NCBI RefSeq assembly: GCF_033153115.1
Contig: NW_026889762.1
Span: 2,356,001-2,420,000 of the forward strand
Reading direction: 5' to 3'
Length of the DNA stretch: 64,000 bases
Origin: Saccostrea echinata
Taxonomy: Eukaryota
Shown one piece after another: positions 26,634-40,453 of the stretch. A program made the translations under genes and the position numbers. Within the stretch, counting starts at the first letter, position 1; the number at the start of each line of letters is the position of its first letter. Under the pieces are notes generated by a model, which saw nothing but the letters and a program-made list of their open reading frames with translations, was not told the origin of the DNA and ran no database searches.

Positions 26634-26635
<2 letters not shown>

Positions 26636-26668
<33 letters not shown>
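26636..26668. repeat. (AG)n microsatellite
   Basis: Direct reading. Confidence 0.9.
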
Positions 26669-26671
<3 letters not shown>

Positions 26672-27169
26672 TTTCTCCTCCTATGCGAATGGTCCCACTT
26701 CTGGTGTTTTCAGGAGTTTTTGTATTATTAACTGGATTTATGAAATTATTATTTGTTCTTTATCGTCAACCTTTGCATAGAAAAAGATAAGAATAAACAA
26801 ATAATAAATAAACAAATAATTTCTAATCTTAATATTAAAATGCTTGGGGAAATCTTAAGAGATCTATCAATAGGTATTTGTCAATTACAATGATATCCAT
26901 ATGGTGTCTAACGTCTGTCCTAAACAGGGGTAAATACATTTGATTGACATGTTACATATATATCTGTCCAAACTTGAGGACCGTTTTCAAGAATGAGTTC
27001 AAACTTTTTAACTGTTTCTTATAACTTCTTGGGATGCCACATGTGTTAAAATTAAGATAATAATCAATGGAAATGTATTAAAGTTACTGCTTTTTTGTAA
27101 ACAATTTTACCCCGTTTCTATGCTTCTACATGTTGTCACCATTGCTAAATAGTGATGAGCAATGGTATA

Positions 27170-27367
27170 CTGTATACAGAGAAAATTTCGCCCCCATTTA
27201 TTTTCGCCCCTTTCGCCCTAATCACAGGTGGGCGAATTTAAAACGGGGAGAATCCAAGGAACAAAATATTATTTCTTAAACATAACTGTGACCGAGCAAA
27301 TTTAAAAAGGGGCAAAATTGTTCGCAAGTGCGAAAATAACACGGAGCGAAAATAATCTTGTATACAG
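27170..27367. mobile_element. Tc1/mariner-type MITE
   Basis: TA|CTGTATACA...TGTATACAG ends with internal TTTCGCCC/GGCGAAA repeats. A related 3' remnant lies at ~1710-1772. Confidence 0.7.
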
Positions 27368-27381
27368 TTTTATGTGAAATC

Positions 27382-27510
27382 GATTAGTAGATTCCTTTAT
27401 TGTGGAGAAGGGATGAGTAGATCCTATATTATGGAGAAGGGATTAGTAGGTCCTATATTTTGGAAAAGGATGAGTAGATCCTTTATTATGGAGAATGGAT
27501 GAGTAGACCC
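27382..27510. repeat. ~29-bp minisatellite, about 4 copies
   Basis: Repeats of GAGTAGATCCTATATTATGGAGAAGGGAT and variants. Confidence 0.8.
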
Positions 27511-29551
27511 GTCTTTCTAAAAAAAAGTCTAACAATTCGAAAGATTTGACATTTATTTACTACTACCTGGCGAATAATGCTTTATATACATGTATATTAG
27601 CTTCATGATTACATCTTTTTTGTCAATTACATTAATAACTGGAAAAATTGTTTTGTTCTTTTTAGATAGAAAAGGTAATAACAAAAAAAATAGAAAGCAA
27701 AATATTTCATCTATTTGATTAGGTGATCATAAAACCTTTTAAGAAATTGACACATAGATGGTACATAGATACAAGAATAATATATACATTGAACTCTAAA
27801 AAAAATTATCTAATTGGTAGAGATATAAGTAGTAAAATAATTACTTAGACAAAATTAATAGACACATATGGAAATGTCTAAGCACTGCTCGCTGAGATAT
27901 TCAATTCCATTGGTAGTTTGATGCATTAAGAGTGATCTACCTTTTGATGTAAAGTGCAATAAAATGGATATCTACAGTATATGAATATAAATATAATGTT
28001 AGATAAAGTAATTGCTCGTGTCTTCAAAATGAAAGTAATTAACGGCACGCTTTGTTCCATAAAATTTCAATGTCTTTAAAAAAATTTTTCCGGAGAAATA
28101 TGACTGGTATTCAATGTTGAAAATGAACTAGATTAATTCAATATGTGAATCTTGATGAGATATTATTTTCTCGAAGTCCCCCCAAAAACTCTTCATTAAA
28201 GTTAAGAGCTTCCTTAGAAAAGACAAAGGGACAATCCAACATACAAAGTTAAAAATAGTAAAGTAATTTTTAGGATGTTTTCATTCTTCATGATTATTAG
28301 GACATTTGACTAAAAATCTATCTTCATTTTTAAAGGACACTCTTTTCTGCACTTGAGTGAAATAATCAATGAAAAAAGAATGCAATAAAGCTAAAACATT
28401 GAATATATTTCTGGTATTGTCTATATAATATTTTAACAGTCTGAATTATTTTTCTTTTAATTTTAGGCAAGAAAAAGTTCTGTTAAATAAAAAATGAATA
28501 CAGAGATATTCCTGCACTACTTTAAGAATCAAAGAGATGAGGTGTGTTAAATCATAGATAACTCAATATAATAAATAGAGTACTTTAACCTGCTTTATGC
28601 TTCGATCCAGTGTTTTGAAATAAAGCATATCTATTCTATAAGCTAATGCTTTTTGGTAAATTTTGGAAACCACTTTCATCTTATGCCTTTTAAGTTAGAT
28701 TCAAAAATACTAAAACAATTTCATGAAACATCGTAAAGGGAAGTTAATGAAAAATGTATTTTAAAAAAAACCTTTGGAAAATTGTTGACTAAATCCATTT
28801 GCTTGTGAAATATATACATGTAGACAGCTCCTTTGTCAAAAAGTAAGTAAAATTAAGTGAAAAGATTCAATAAAATCAAAACAGCTAAAAATCAATTCAA
28901 CAAACATTACACTTTGCACAAATCAACAAAGTTTCATCCAAAAAAAAAGAAAGAAAAGGAGAGAAAAAAGAAATCAATATCATAACAAACTAATCCTACG
29001 AAAAGCAGTAATGTGAGCAGAGCTGTCTATGATTACATCAGATTTCAGGATAGCAAAAAAGTAATTTTCAAATAAACGCAATAGATTCTAATATACAAGA
29101 TTTATCAGATATGGATACATGTATATGCTAGATGTGGTTATAATAATAAATATATTAATCAAGCATTATAAAATATTGAAGTAGACAGTGTACAAGTAAT
29201 TCAAAAAAAGTGTAAAGAATTAAAAATTCTTTGATATTTCTTTTTGAATCAAAACGTTGCTAATCATTTGTGCCACTCTGTATTGCAAAGAAAGCAACAT
29301 TAATTTTTATGACATTTTTCAAAATGCTTTATAAAGTTACCTTAGTAAATGTAGCTATTTGTTGCTGAAGTAATAAAACTAAAATTTAATTTTAACAACT
29401 GTAAGTCCTATTATATAGTCCCTATAAAGCCTCAGATCACAGATGACAACAAAGAAATATGTACAATATATCTAGTGATTCAATTTTACGAAAAATGTGT
29501 TTGTTGTTATCAGAATATTATTTTTTACAATTTTTTTCTTCATATCTAAAA

Positions 29552-29896
29552 GACCATCACGGTAGCTCCGTCCGTAGAGCGCACACTCCGTGATCGGTAG
29601 GTCGTTGGTTCGAACCCCGACCGCGAGTGACCTAAGTCGATAAAAAAAAAAAGTTTTCAATTGTTTCTATGCCAAGTGCGCGGCACTTTGAAGTGAAAGT
29701 TCGGGTCCTTCGGATGAGACCTTTAAACCGAGTCTACGTGTCACGGCAGATGTTGGCACGATAAAGATCCCCCACTGCTCAATGGCCTTCAGTGCCTAGT
29801 AAAAGTCTAAATTTGAATCCCTTCACCGGTATATGGTGACATCTCTATATGAGTGAGAAATTCTCGAACGGGACGAATAACAACGTACAATCAATT
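29552..29896 (+). mobile_element. Full-length tRNA-derived SINE
   Basis: Collinear with the copy at 11736; B box GGTTCGAACCC. Confidence 0.9.
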
Positions 29897-30443
29897 ATAT
29901 CGAAAAAAAGATCCTATATTGTGTCCTTATCCTTGCATCTGGGCCATGGATATAATAATTTGAACAAATTAAATCTAGACTCAGTAAGATAGTTTTCCAA
30001 TTTTGACTTTCCCGGCCCAGATGTTCTTGAAATAAGATTTTGAACTGTCTCAACATGTTCTTACTTTTTATTTATTATATCTTAATGGTCTTTTGTCTTT
30101 AGAAACCCCGAAATCTCATTACAAAACAAATCTTTATGCGAAGTTGGGTTGATGTTAAGCCCTTATGACACTTAGATGATGACAAAAACTGTTATTACAT
30201 GTAAGAAAGCTCGTTTCAACCCTTTGCTCAGATACACTGTATGTTAACAGAAACAAAGATTATCCTATTACATGCATCATTCAAATACAATTGACATTGG
30301 CTTTACTAAACAATCTGTATACTTTTGGTTACAAAACAATACAGGTGTATTTTTTATACTAATAATGATCACAAAAATAATGCAATCTACATATGCTCTT
30401 CCTGAATATATGTAATAAGCTAAAAAACGACACACTTTCTTAA

Positions 30444-31354
30444 GGAGGGATTTTCTCATATTTCTAGTATCTAAAAATTAATTAAATTTTTATAGATTCA
30501 AGAAGACATCATTACTAAGTGATGGTTTCAATTAGATTAAATTTGACCGTTTTATTTTAAAAGCAAGGTCATGTCAAGGTCATTGTCTTTTTCCTTGACC
30601 GTAAGAATAAAAAAATACTGTTGCCAATCATGCGATGCCTACTTCTATTTCAAAAGATTAAATGTTTTGATTTTTGCATAAAATGATATTACCATGTAGG
30701 GTTTATCAGATGATACTACCAAATTGACATAAACAATTGACATAAACAATTTAACTAACATAGATATTGGCTAATCCGAATTTCCTCTATTTTTCTTAGA
30801 TTTTTCGGATATATTTGTTATATTTATATGCTTCGTATATTTAAATTTTTCTTATTTTCACATATGGTAAAGTAGTCATATAAAGATACAAATTGATACA
30901 AAAGCAAAAAGTTTTGACCGTGTACTAAGAGAGAAAATTTTTTGCTCAAAGCTGTACTTAGATTGGAAGATTTTAAAAGTTAACAAAATTGTAGTTTGTT
31001 TGGGAAATCATATTTATTTGATATATTTTAAAACTCCAGTCCATTATTATTAATTTTACTTACATTTGAAATTTTCTTTGAGTCTTTAATTGTTTAAAAT
31101 TTTAACAAAATTCATTGTTCTATAGTAATTTTGAGAAGCAGAAAAGGAGATATTTTCATACGCCGCCGTTCCGCCAAAAATATAATCCCTGCTAGATTTC
31201 AAGCTCAGTTCACCATTTCTATTTAAAGTTGTACAATTATGTTGAGGAAAGAAAAATATTATCTTTTAAATCCCTTACTTCTAAATATATAAGACATATA
31301 AGCAAATATACTTTGAATATTTCATCTAGTCAGAAACCAGACAAGAATCCCTCC
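30444..31354. mobile_element. Non-autonomous TTAA-targeting (Kolobok-like) element
   Basis: TTAA|GGAGGGATT...AATCCCTCC|TTAA. An inverted partial copy lies at 34686-35495. Confidence 0.75.
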
Positions 31355-33347
31355 TTAAGATAAACATCGATTGTCATTCGGTGAAAATGATAATAAAGCG
31401 ATATATCTGTAAGAAAATGACAATAGAGAAAATTTAAAAAAAAAATAGGTACAGTTATTACAAGATATGTAAAAAAAATAAACAGGGACGTGAAAGAAGA
31501 TAATTTTGAAGTTTTCAGTTGTGCTTTTGTAAAACGTGACTAATTTCATAATTTGTATTATCGAATAAATTGGGGAAAGTGCATTTTTATTCAGTGTTGG
31601 AACATAGCTGTTTTGAAACATACAATAAAGAAATGAATCTAAAATTTGAGTAAATCTCTTTTAATGCTTTCTGAAGCCTGTAGATATAAACAAAGTTAAT
31701 CCCTTTGTGAATTTTGTAATAATTCTTCGTTAATTTAAACATTTTACATATACGTTTTAGAACATTTATAAGACAGGGAATATTTGAAAATGATATGTGC
31801 TCAAATTCCATTTTCTTTAATATAATCTGATCAATACTTTTATTATATTCATTGTCTTTTCTGATTTCTTTTCAGGCATTAATAACAATAAAAACTATGA
31901 AAAACTGAAAACATTTATTTGTGTTTTCTTGAACTCATAATCATCATAATTTACCCGAATTTGTCTTCAGTGTGGCGTCTTTTATAATCCTTTTTTTTCA
32001 AACATTTTTCAGGAACTACTTTTATCATTTAGCAAAACAAACTACATTTTCATATTGACAAATACTTTTTTTACATAGAATAAAAAAAATCCTTTGGTAC
32101 TTTAGGTCTTCATAAATGGATAATATTTGTTGTTTTAAAAAATGTTCTTATAACACAGGACGAAGCAGTGTAATTTCTCATTTTTTACTTCATTGAAGCT
32201 TTTTGGACATACATGTATTTCTGATACTTGGGTTCCTAAACAAAAACTCTAAGAGTCAATTGATTGGCGATAATCTATTTGCATTGTAATGTATATCTTA
32301 ATACTCGTAGAATTTTTAATATAGAATGTGGCGACACTCTTAAATACCTGAATGAACTGTATCATCACGGCCCTGTTAAGAAAATGACATGTCATATTCC
32401 ATCGCAATCCTCCTTAATATTTCAGAACCTGCCTTTACAAAGCTGCACTGTACGGTTTGGACAAATAGTAATGAAGCACTCGTCAAATCTAAACGAACTT
32501 ACGAGCTTATACATCCGTATATAGCATTATAAAGTACGGGTGGCTTAAGGAAACCTTTGATGGTTTCATGTGAAATAACATTGTTATTTCAACAGCATAG
32601 GAATATAAAAAGACTGTTTAATACAGCAGTCCTGCTGTTTTTAACAGAAAACATCACTATATGTGTGATAGGAAGAAGATGTAAATATTATGCCGTTAAA
32701 GGGCCATTCTTCAGGAAGCCAAGGTATTATTAATATAGGTTAAATAACTGAACAAAATCTTATCCACCAAGGTAATAAAATCATTTGTGACAATGATTAT
32801 TCATATATATATTGAAGAAAAGCACCACTTCACCCATTTACTTTACATATCATATATCAATTTCTTCTTAATTAGTCGGGAAATATGTATCAATCTATAC
32901 ATATTTTGTTGGTTTGTGTTGTGCATCCTTAATTGGGTTAAAAAATATCCCCTGTCTTTAATGTTCTCCTCTGCTTTATCTTCAACTTTTATTCTAAAAC
33001 ATCTCAAAATGTTAAGAAAGTTTCATCTTTCGTCATAAATACTTAATTTCAACTTTAACTATTATAATGTATTACTTGCCTGGACTATAGATAAATGCAT
33101 TATGTAAACACAAATTTATCAACGACCACATCCCTGTTTCTCACAATTTTATCGAAAACATATTGAAAATAATTTGAGCTTTTTATTGTAACATACATTA
33201 AGCTGTCAAAATACACATTGCATAAAACAAAAGAAAATATGATGATAAATATATGTAAAAGAATTAATTAAATCTAGTTAACTTTTAACTATTCAATCCG
33301 ATTTTTTCACTTACGCCTTTGAATTTAAACATTTCATAGCCTAAATA

Positions 33348-33654
33348 AAAGTGACATGGTCCATTAATTTGGGATTCATAAAATGTTCTGGGGGTTCCTC
33401 AAGAATGGTTTCAAATAATGATTGCGCGATGCATGTAAAAATATATTCTTTACACGAGCATAGTAAAAAAATAAAATAAAAATATTTATTTTCGAAAAGC
33501 CTCGACCATTTCCACGCTCAACGTAAACGACGAATGCGATATAAAAGTTTCAAGACACTTTTCGGAATATTTATAATTTTGGCCAAGCAGTAAAAAAACA
33601 TGAATACAATTTTCTAAATTGAAATTGAGGCAATGTAAAGGACCATATCACTTT
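33348..33654. mobile_element. MITE immediately 3' of the RING exon stop codon
   Basis: TIR AAAGTGACATGGTCC / GGACCATATCACTTT. Confidence 0.6.
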
Positions 33655-33668
33655 CAATTTCTTCATTT

Positions 33669-36600
33669 CTAATCCCTATCTGATGCAAATCGCACTTTCT
33701 GTACCCCTCTTATAGCAGATTTACAATACCAACATTCCTCCAACTTCTGAAGGCATGCCTCACATATCAAGTGACCACAGCTTAGTAGAACATGGCTGAT
33801 ATCCACCATTTTACACGCTTTACACAACAACATCTGGTGCATCTGAAGGTTTTGCCTTCGTAATTCTTCCATATCTGAAGAGAAGATTTTGATTAACAAC
33901 TTCCGTTTTCGAAAATGTTGTTGTCAAATTCACAAATCAATTATAGTTATGTTTTTAAAACGTAAGCCTCCGACAAGGATCACTTATGTACTTTACAACT
34001 TTATAATTTCAACATGTATTTGTGATTACGCTCCCATGAAAATGAAGAACATGTAACGAAACAATCATTATAATGAATAAAGATGGTCTGTCGGTAATTA
34101 TTCATCAAATATATAACCAAATAAAAAATATTGTATTTCTTATAAACATTGGTGTCGTTTCTGTCATTGTCACAAATGAAAAAGGTAAAGATAACGAACA
34201 GTGATATATCTCAAACATTATAAAACAATACAAGTAGGTGAACAGGCTATAATACACGGGCCTATGGGAATTCCAGATGACAGATTAAGTTCCTGTCGAC
34301 CGGTCATACCCACCGTTACCCCTAAAATGACGTCTCTTGATGTTTATGATTATTCTGGCAGTTTTTAAGCCATATTTAAGCAATGATTGCCTAGAAATGT
34401 CAATCTGACAAAGGACCCTGGTTCAGAAAATCTTGTCTGAAGAACAACTACAGTCAAACCTCATTAACTCAAACTCAATTGGACCTAGAAAAAACTTCGA
34501 AATATCCAGGGATTTGTGATAACAAGGGTAAGACAATGAAAAAAATAAAGGGTTTAAACTGAAAACACTTTGACAAACCCATGGTATATTCGAGATACCC
34601 GTGTTCAATTAAAGAGACCTAAGTTACATGTAAACTGAATTTTAACAGAATAATGACAAGCATTTATGGAAGAAATAGTATTTAAGGAGGGATTCTTGTC
34701 TGGTTTCTGACTAGACAAAATATTCCAAGTATATTTGCTTGTATGTCTTATAAACTTAGCTGTATTGTATTTAAAAGATCATATTTTTCTTTACTCATCA
34801 TAATTGTACAATTTTAAATAGAAATGGTAAACTGAGTTTGAAATCCATAAGGGACTATCTTTTGGCGCAACTGCGGCGTATGAAAATATCTCCATTTCTG
34901 CCTATCAGAATCACTTACAAAACATTACATGTGGTTATTTTTTTTTTAAACAATCAATGACTTGAAGAAATTTTGATATGTAACTAAAATTATAAATAAT
35001 GCCCTAAATTTTTAAAACATAGCAAATGAAAATGATTTTCTAAACAAACTACAACCTTGTTAGCTTTTGAAAGCCTCCAACCTTAAAACACATTTGAGCA
35101 AAAACATCAGTAAAAAATGTTTTTTCTCTCTTACTAAACGGTCAAAGCTTTTTGTTTTTGTATCATTTTGTATATTTATATGACTACTTTACCATATGTA
35201 AAAATAAGAAATATTTAAATATAAGAAGTATATAAAAATAACTAATATATCCTAAAAAATTAAGAAAAACAGAGGAAATCCGGATTAGGCAATATCTACT
35301 TAAGTTAAATAATGTCAATTAATCTGGTAGAATCATCTGATAGACCCGATAGGGTAACATCTTTTCGTGCAAAAAGAAAAACATTTTATCTTTTGAAATT
35401 GAAGTATTCATCACATGATTAGCAACAGTAATTTTTTACTCTAAATGTCAAGGAAAAAGATAATGACCTTGACCTGACCTTGTTTCTAAAATAATGGCCT
35501 AACAATTTGTATGAAGCAATCAATACAGATTTGACTTATCGATATGCTATATGCTTACAGTATCATTGTATCGACCATAGAATTTGCGAAAGGTTGATGG
35601 CTTCAAACCACATTACTGAATGATGTTCTTATCTCATTCACTTATGTGTTAAAGCATATAATTCAGATTTTGTCACCATAATGATTATAGTTTAAAGGCT
35701 AAAATTACAATGGTATTAAATTAAAGACGACACTCATCATTAGCTATAAAAATTATAATGACAATGAATTATTCATTCGGTAAGTTTACAATATGAATGC
35801 ATATGTAAGAACCTGATGCAAAGGATATTTGTTAAAGACTGGTAAAATATATTATAAATATTATAAATATTATAAATACTTTTAAATTAAAAGTGTCTAC
35901 ATTGCACGAAATATAATTCAAAGAATCCCTTTTTGCGTCTACGGTATCAATTTTTGTTCAAGGAGATTTTAATGCTTTTTTCTATGGTAGCTGCTTTTAC
36001 ATTTTCTTGTTCAATTTGTTGTTTTTTCCTTTATCAAGGGCAGACAACTTACGATATAGTCGGAATTTGTAGTTGAACTATTTATTTATTAATTCAATGT
36101 TCAAGCTCAACTAATGCGGGTAATTTAGATGATTATTTCCTTATAGAACAAATCAATACAATGGAAATTATCTGAAATTACATAATTTGTCAATAAGGTC
36201 TTTCATTCTTCTTATGTCTTCTACTAAGCTAGGACCGTACTACAAAATTAATTTTCTATCAACTTTCAAAGAACTTGACATAATGTCTTCATAATGTAGC
36301 AAATATTGGTCGAAAAAATTGGAATGTTTATGAAATATTGTACAAGATATTTCAATGAGGAACAACTTTTTGAATTTCATTTTAGAGGTAAAGTGATTAT
36401 AAAATATAAAAAGAAAAAAAAACTTTTTCCTTTCTCAAATACAGATAATAGGAAACAAAAATATAAGACAATCTAGATAAGAAGGGTATTTGAAAAATAA
36501 TTAGGTTATAAGATACATTCCATACTTGATGTAATTACATGTAGTATAGGTAAATGGCTTATTTTCAAAACAGTTTTTGCCAAAAAAAATTCTCTTAGTA

Positions 36601-37612
36601 TCTTAACTTTTAAAAAAAGATCTTTAAAATGAAATACCGTACATGTCATTCACCATTTAGATGCATGATAAGTAGTAACTATTGTTCGGTGGTTTTCATT
36701 AAAAGAATTACCTTGTGGAACCGCCTGATTCTTCATGTTATCTGTATTCTTTGGCTTTTTAACTTTAATGTCTGGTGCATTGCCGTCCTGTTTTAATTTC
36801 TCAATTTCGTCTAAGATGGATTGTGGACTTATCTCACAACTTTGACGTTCTAAAATGTTCAAAATATGTACTCTTTATTTGTTCATAATGGACATTCAAT
36901 TCATAACATGTCTTATTTTAAAAATGTAAGAGATTGATAAAATGAGGAATATGTTTTATTTCCATAGCCTTAATGCCTTGATTTATAACAGAATATCTTA
37001 AAGTTTGGTATTAAGCTTATTTTCTTAGAGCTTGAACTTTACTCATTCATTTCATTCAGAAATAATAAAATCACATTTGGAATCTATTGATGAGATTCAA
37101 TCTTGTTTTTCGCATTGCATATGTACAATTTTGAAGAAATATCTACTTGCAGTTGGATCAAGGGCCTGGAATACTTCTTACCAAAATAAGCAGATTAAAG
37201 CATTTCATCCATATTACCTAATATGCGGTTCATTGCTTGGTGAATGATGCCCGGAAGATATCCCATCATCAAAATTGTTTGTGCAGCTTCCCCTTTTAAT
37301 AGATTTCCATCTACGCTACTCGCGTCATGTTGTGATAAATTCTGTTAAGAAGATATTTAGCTTTTTTTTGCATATTACAATATTGTGACACTCAGTGATA
37401 ATTTACTTATTTATTTTTTTATATGAGATTTTGTACAAGTTTTCATAGGCAAAACGTTTGAAACCAAAGAAATAATGAAAGCAGAAAGATGCATGCCGAC
37501 ATACCCCAACGCTCTCAGAAACTGTGTTCTCAGAGTCGGAAAGTACACGTTTGCGAGATATAACTTTCTCCTGTCCATTTTTACAATCAGTATTATCCTC
37601 CTTTTCAGCCAT
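33669..37612 (-). CDS. IAP-related UBA-RING protein, four coding exons, no BIR domain visible
   Basis: Exons 37612-37505 (MAEKED...SESVG|GTATGT), 37341-37218 (NLSQ...EAAQTILMMGYLPGIIHQAMNRIL, UBA MGY motif), 36849-36712 (ERQSCEISPQSILDEIEKL...PQ) and 33874-33669 (DMEELRRQN...CKACKMVDISHVLLSCGHLICEACLQKLEECWYCKSAIRGVQKVRF). All introns are GT-AG and phases 0, 1, 1 are consistent. Confidence 0.85.
34451..34612. mobile_element. pogo/Tigger-like MITE remnant
   Basis: TA|CAGTCAAACCTC start and TTCGAGATACCCGTGTTCAA near the end. Confidence 0.55.
34686..35495. mobile_element. Inverted partial copy of the Kolobok-like element at 30444-31354
   Basis: Begins TTAA|GGAGGGATTCTTGTCTGGTTTCTGACTAGA, the reverse complement of the right end of 30444-31354, and stays collinear for ~800 bp. 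It sits inside a split Penelope-like fragment (34170-34325 / 35490-35600). Confidence 0.8.
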
Positions 37613-37816
37613 GTAGGAGTGAAACTAAAGAAAAAAGTTAACAAGCGTAAATCTCTGAAGTGATGGGCATATTTTTTCCCTACAATTTTTCATCTTATAA
37701 AAATTCCAACCAATATTTAGTGGATGAATACAGATTGAAACAATCAATTTTAACCCAGGTATTAGAGAGAGTATCCATTATTTCCAAAGATCATCCAAGT
37801 ATGCCATAAAAAATTG

Positions 37817-38182
37817 TACCAACGTTACAATAGCATAGTCGGTAGAACGCTTTCTCCGTGATCGGAAGGTCGTGGGTTCGAACCCCGGCTGTGACTGACC
37901 TAAGTCGATAAAAAATAGGTAGCAACTGTTCCTTAGCCAAGCACTCGGCACATTGAATTGAAAGTTGCGGGTCTTTTGGACGAGAACTTAAAAACCGAGG
38001 CCCCGTGTCACGGCAGGTGTTGGCACGATAAAGATCCGCCATTGATCAATGGCCCTGAGTGCCGAATAAAGGTCAAAATTTGAAGCATTTCGCCGGGATA
38101 TTACGACGTCTCTATACGAGTGATAAATTCTCAAAGAGGGCGTTAAACAACATACAATCAATCACTGAATAAATCAATCAAT
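37817..38182 (+). mobile_element. tRNA-derived SINE
   Basis: Collinear with the copy at 11736. Confidence 0.85.
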
Positions 38183-38739
38183 CTTATAAAAATTATATCG
38201 TATTTTATAGGTTTTGAAATTCATTATATACAAAATCTTTTATCGTGAGGCTTCTATTTGACCTTATGAATTATCGTTTTGATCTATCACAAATACAAAG
38301 AGACTAAATAAAAAAAAAACTTTAATCAAAGATTGTTGTATAAATTTCACATAAAAAAGGAAATGCTTGTGGCATTATTTCATGCTTAAGTCATCACTTT
38401 CGGATTAAAAAAAAAATCATATTCATGAATGCATCCTTTATGTTAAGTATTCAATTTTTATAACTTTAAAAATTTTTCCGTTACACAAATAGAACCATTT
38501 AAAAATACGATGTCATATTTGTGGAACACGATAATTAAAATATTCTTTTTCCTATTATTTCTTATTTTAGTTCAAAGAGTGACAAAAGTATGGTGCAAGA
38601 CAAATCTCTAAAATATGAAAATGTTTATGAGAAATTAAAACTCATTCTTCTTGAATTTTTGAATTGATTTACTTTCATGCAGAAAAGTCATGCAAGTTTT
38701 TAGTTCTCATATGACCTCCTAAACGCCAATTCGGACGTC

Positions 38740-38815
38740 ATGAATATATACATTTCCCGTAATTTCCTTAAAAATTACACATGTTACAGAGTACATCAGT
38801 TTCAGTGGAATTTCC
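38740..38815 (-). promoter_or_regulatory. Possible promoter of the UBA-RING gene (kB-like site plus TATA-like motif)
   Basis: TGGAATTTCC at 38806-38815; TATATA near 38745; candidate 5'UTR donor GAAA|GTAAAT near 38672. Confidence 0.3.
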
Positions 38816-39707
38816 TTCTGTCAATATAGACCACATGTTTCGCCAACAAAGATGCAAAGAAAAGTTTTTTTCAAAGATTTTGACAAAATATATCCGAAAA
38901 TTGAAGTGGACCATTGCTGTTGACACTATTTTCTTCAGGAAAAAAAAATACCTGAAATGAATAATTTTGAGGCTTTTCTGTTTTGAACAAATTAATGACT
39001 TCTTTTTTCCAAAACGGCTTTCCCTTAGGCATTCATATATTCAACTCATATTTTAGTAAATTTTAAATTTTTTTAAAACAAATTTAACTAGATATGAATA
39101 TTTATATTCTTTTAAAAAGGAATATGATATATTTAATTGATAACATGCAACAAGCTATAACAATGTATCATTCTTCATTTTTTTTTATGTATATTGTAAT
39201 ATAAAAAATAACTGCAAATTTAAACTATCTTAAACTTTTTTCATGAAAAACTTTTACTAGACACCTAGGAAACTATAAATGCTTATCTTAAACAGAAGAT
39301 AACGTTGATGGAATTTTAATAGAGAGTGTTTTTAACTTGTTATCAACATTTTGTCCCTACAGTTCACAAAGGAATGAAAATAACAATTTTTATAATACAG
39401 TTTTTCTCTTGTTTTATTTATTGATATATTTATTCATCTATTTATTCTTTGTGTCCTCCTTTAGGAATTTTTGCTTCCATGGTTTCAAAAACGTCATGTT
39501 GTGACAAACTCTAGTTAATTCATAAACAAAAAGAAATAGGAAATGTATTTTTTTTTATTTCTCATAAACCAAAAAATAGGCATAAAGTAGCATAACATCG
39601 ATTATATCAGGTTAGATGCAAGTGTAAATAAACATTGTAATCTGTTAATAAAATATTTTGTGCATTTGGAAATAGACGCTTCAATGTTTGTTAATTTGCT
39701 GTATCGT

Positions 39708-39904
39708 CTATTTCAGTTTTGCTTTCACACATCCTTTCACTGTGAAGTGACACACTGGACAATTCCGGAGTGCTGGAGCGCAGTCAGAACAGCACACAAA
39801 ATGGCCGCACGGGAGGAATACAGATAACACCGTATTGTCCAGGCATATCTTACAGATAACTTGGTCTCGAAGTCTGATGTATTCATCTCTCAGATGCTCC
39901 GTCT
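39708..39904 (-). CDS. Second IAP-type RING terminal exon (upstream exons not identified)
   Basis: After poly-T...TAAG| it reads TEHLRDEYIRLRDQVICKICLDNTVLSVFLPCGHFVCCSDCAPALRNCPVCHFTVKGCVKAKLK*. Same phase-1 junction as the 33874 exon. Not in the ORF track. Confidence 0.85.
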
Positions 39905-40103
39905 CTTAATCGAAAAAAAAAATTATTATTGCTAATTTAAACACTCAATTATATGGAATAGTAAGAGAAATAAAATTATATTAAATAGGCTTGTTAAATA
40001 CCTTTCATTATTTCTGCCTGTATTCCAAAGCTGTTAGAGTAAAAATAGTTTCAGTTTTCCCATGCTTTTAAAGTTATCGACATGTTTGATCTATAAATAA
40101 AAC

Positions 40104-40414
40104 GACACCGTGTAATTCATGGACAGGAGGCATGGAGTGGAGTTATAGAGTTGAGTTTGGAGTCAAATTTTGGAGCCTATTTTTTTTTAAATTATGAATG
40201 GAAAAAGATGTTCATTAAATTGCATTAGTATGAAAGTCTTTCATTCTTTTTTGTAGGATTGTTGGCTGTTCATGTCTTTAAACAGATTTACAATTCATAG
40301 GTACTGTGGCCTAATTAAAATTTGTATGTTTCTGAAACTTATGTAAGTATTTGTAACTTGAGAAAATTACATCAGTATTGAATTGATAGACATAATATTG
40401 AAAAGATAACCCCT

Positions 40415-40453
<39 letters not shown>

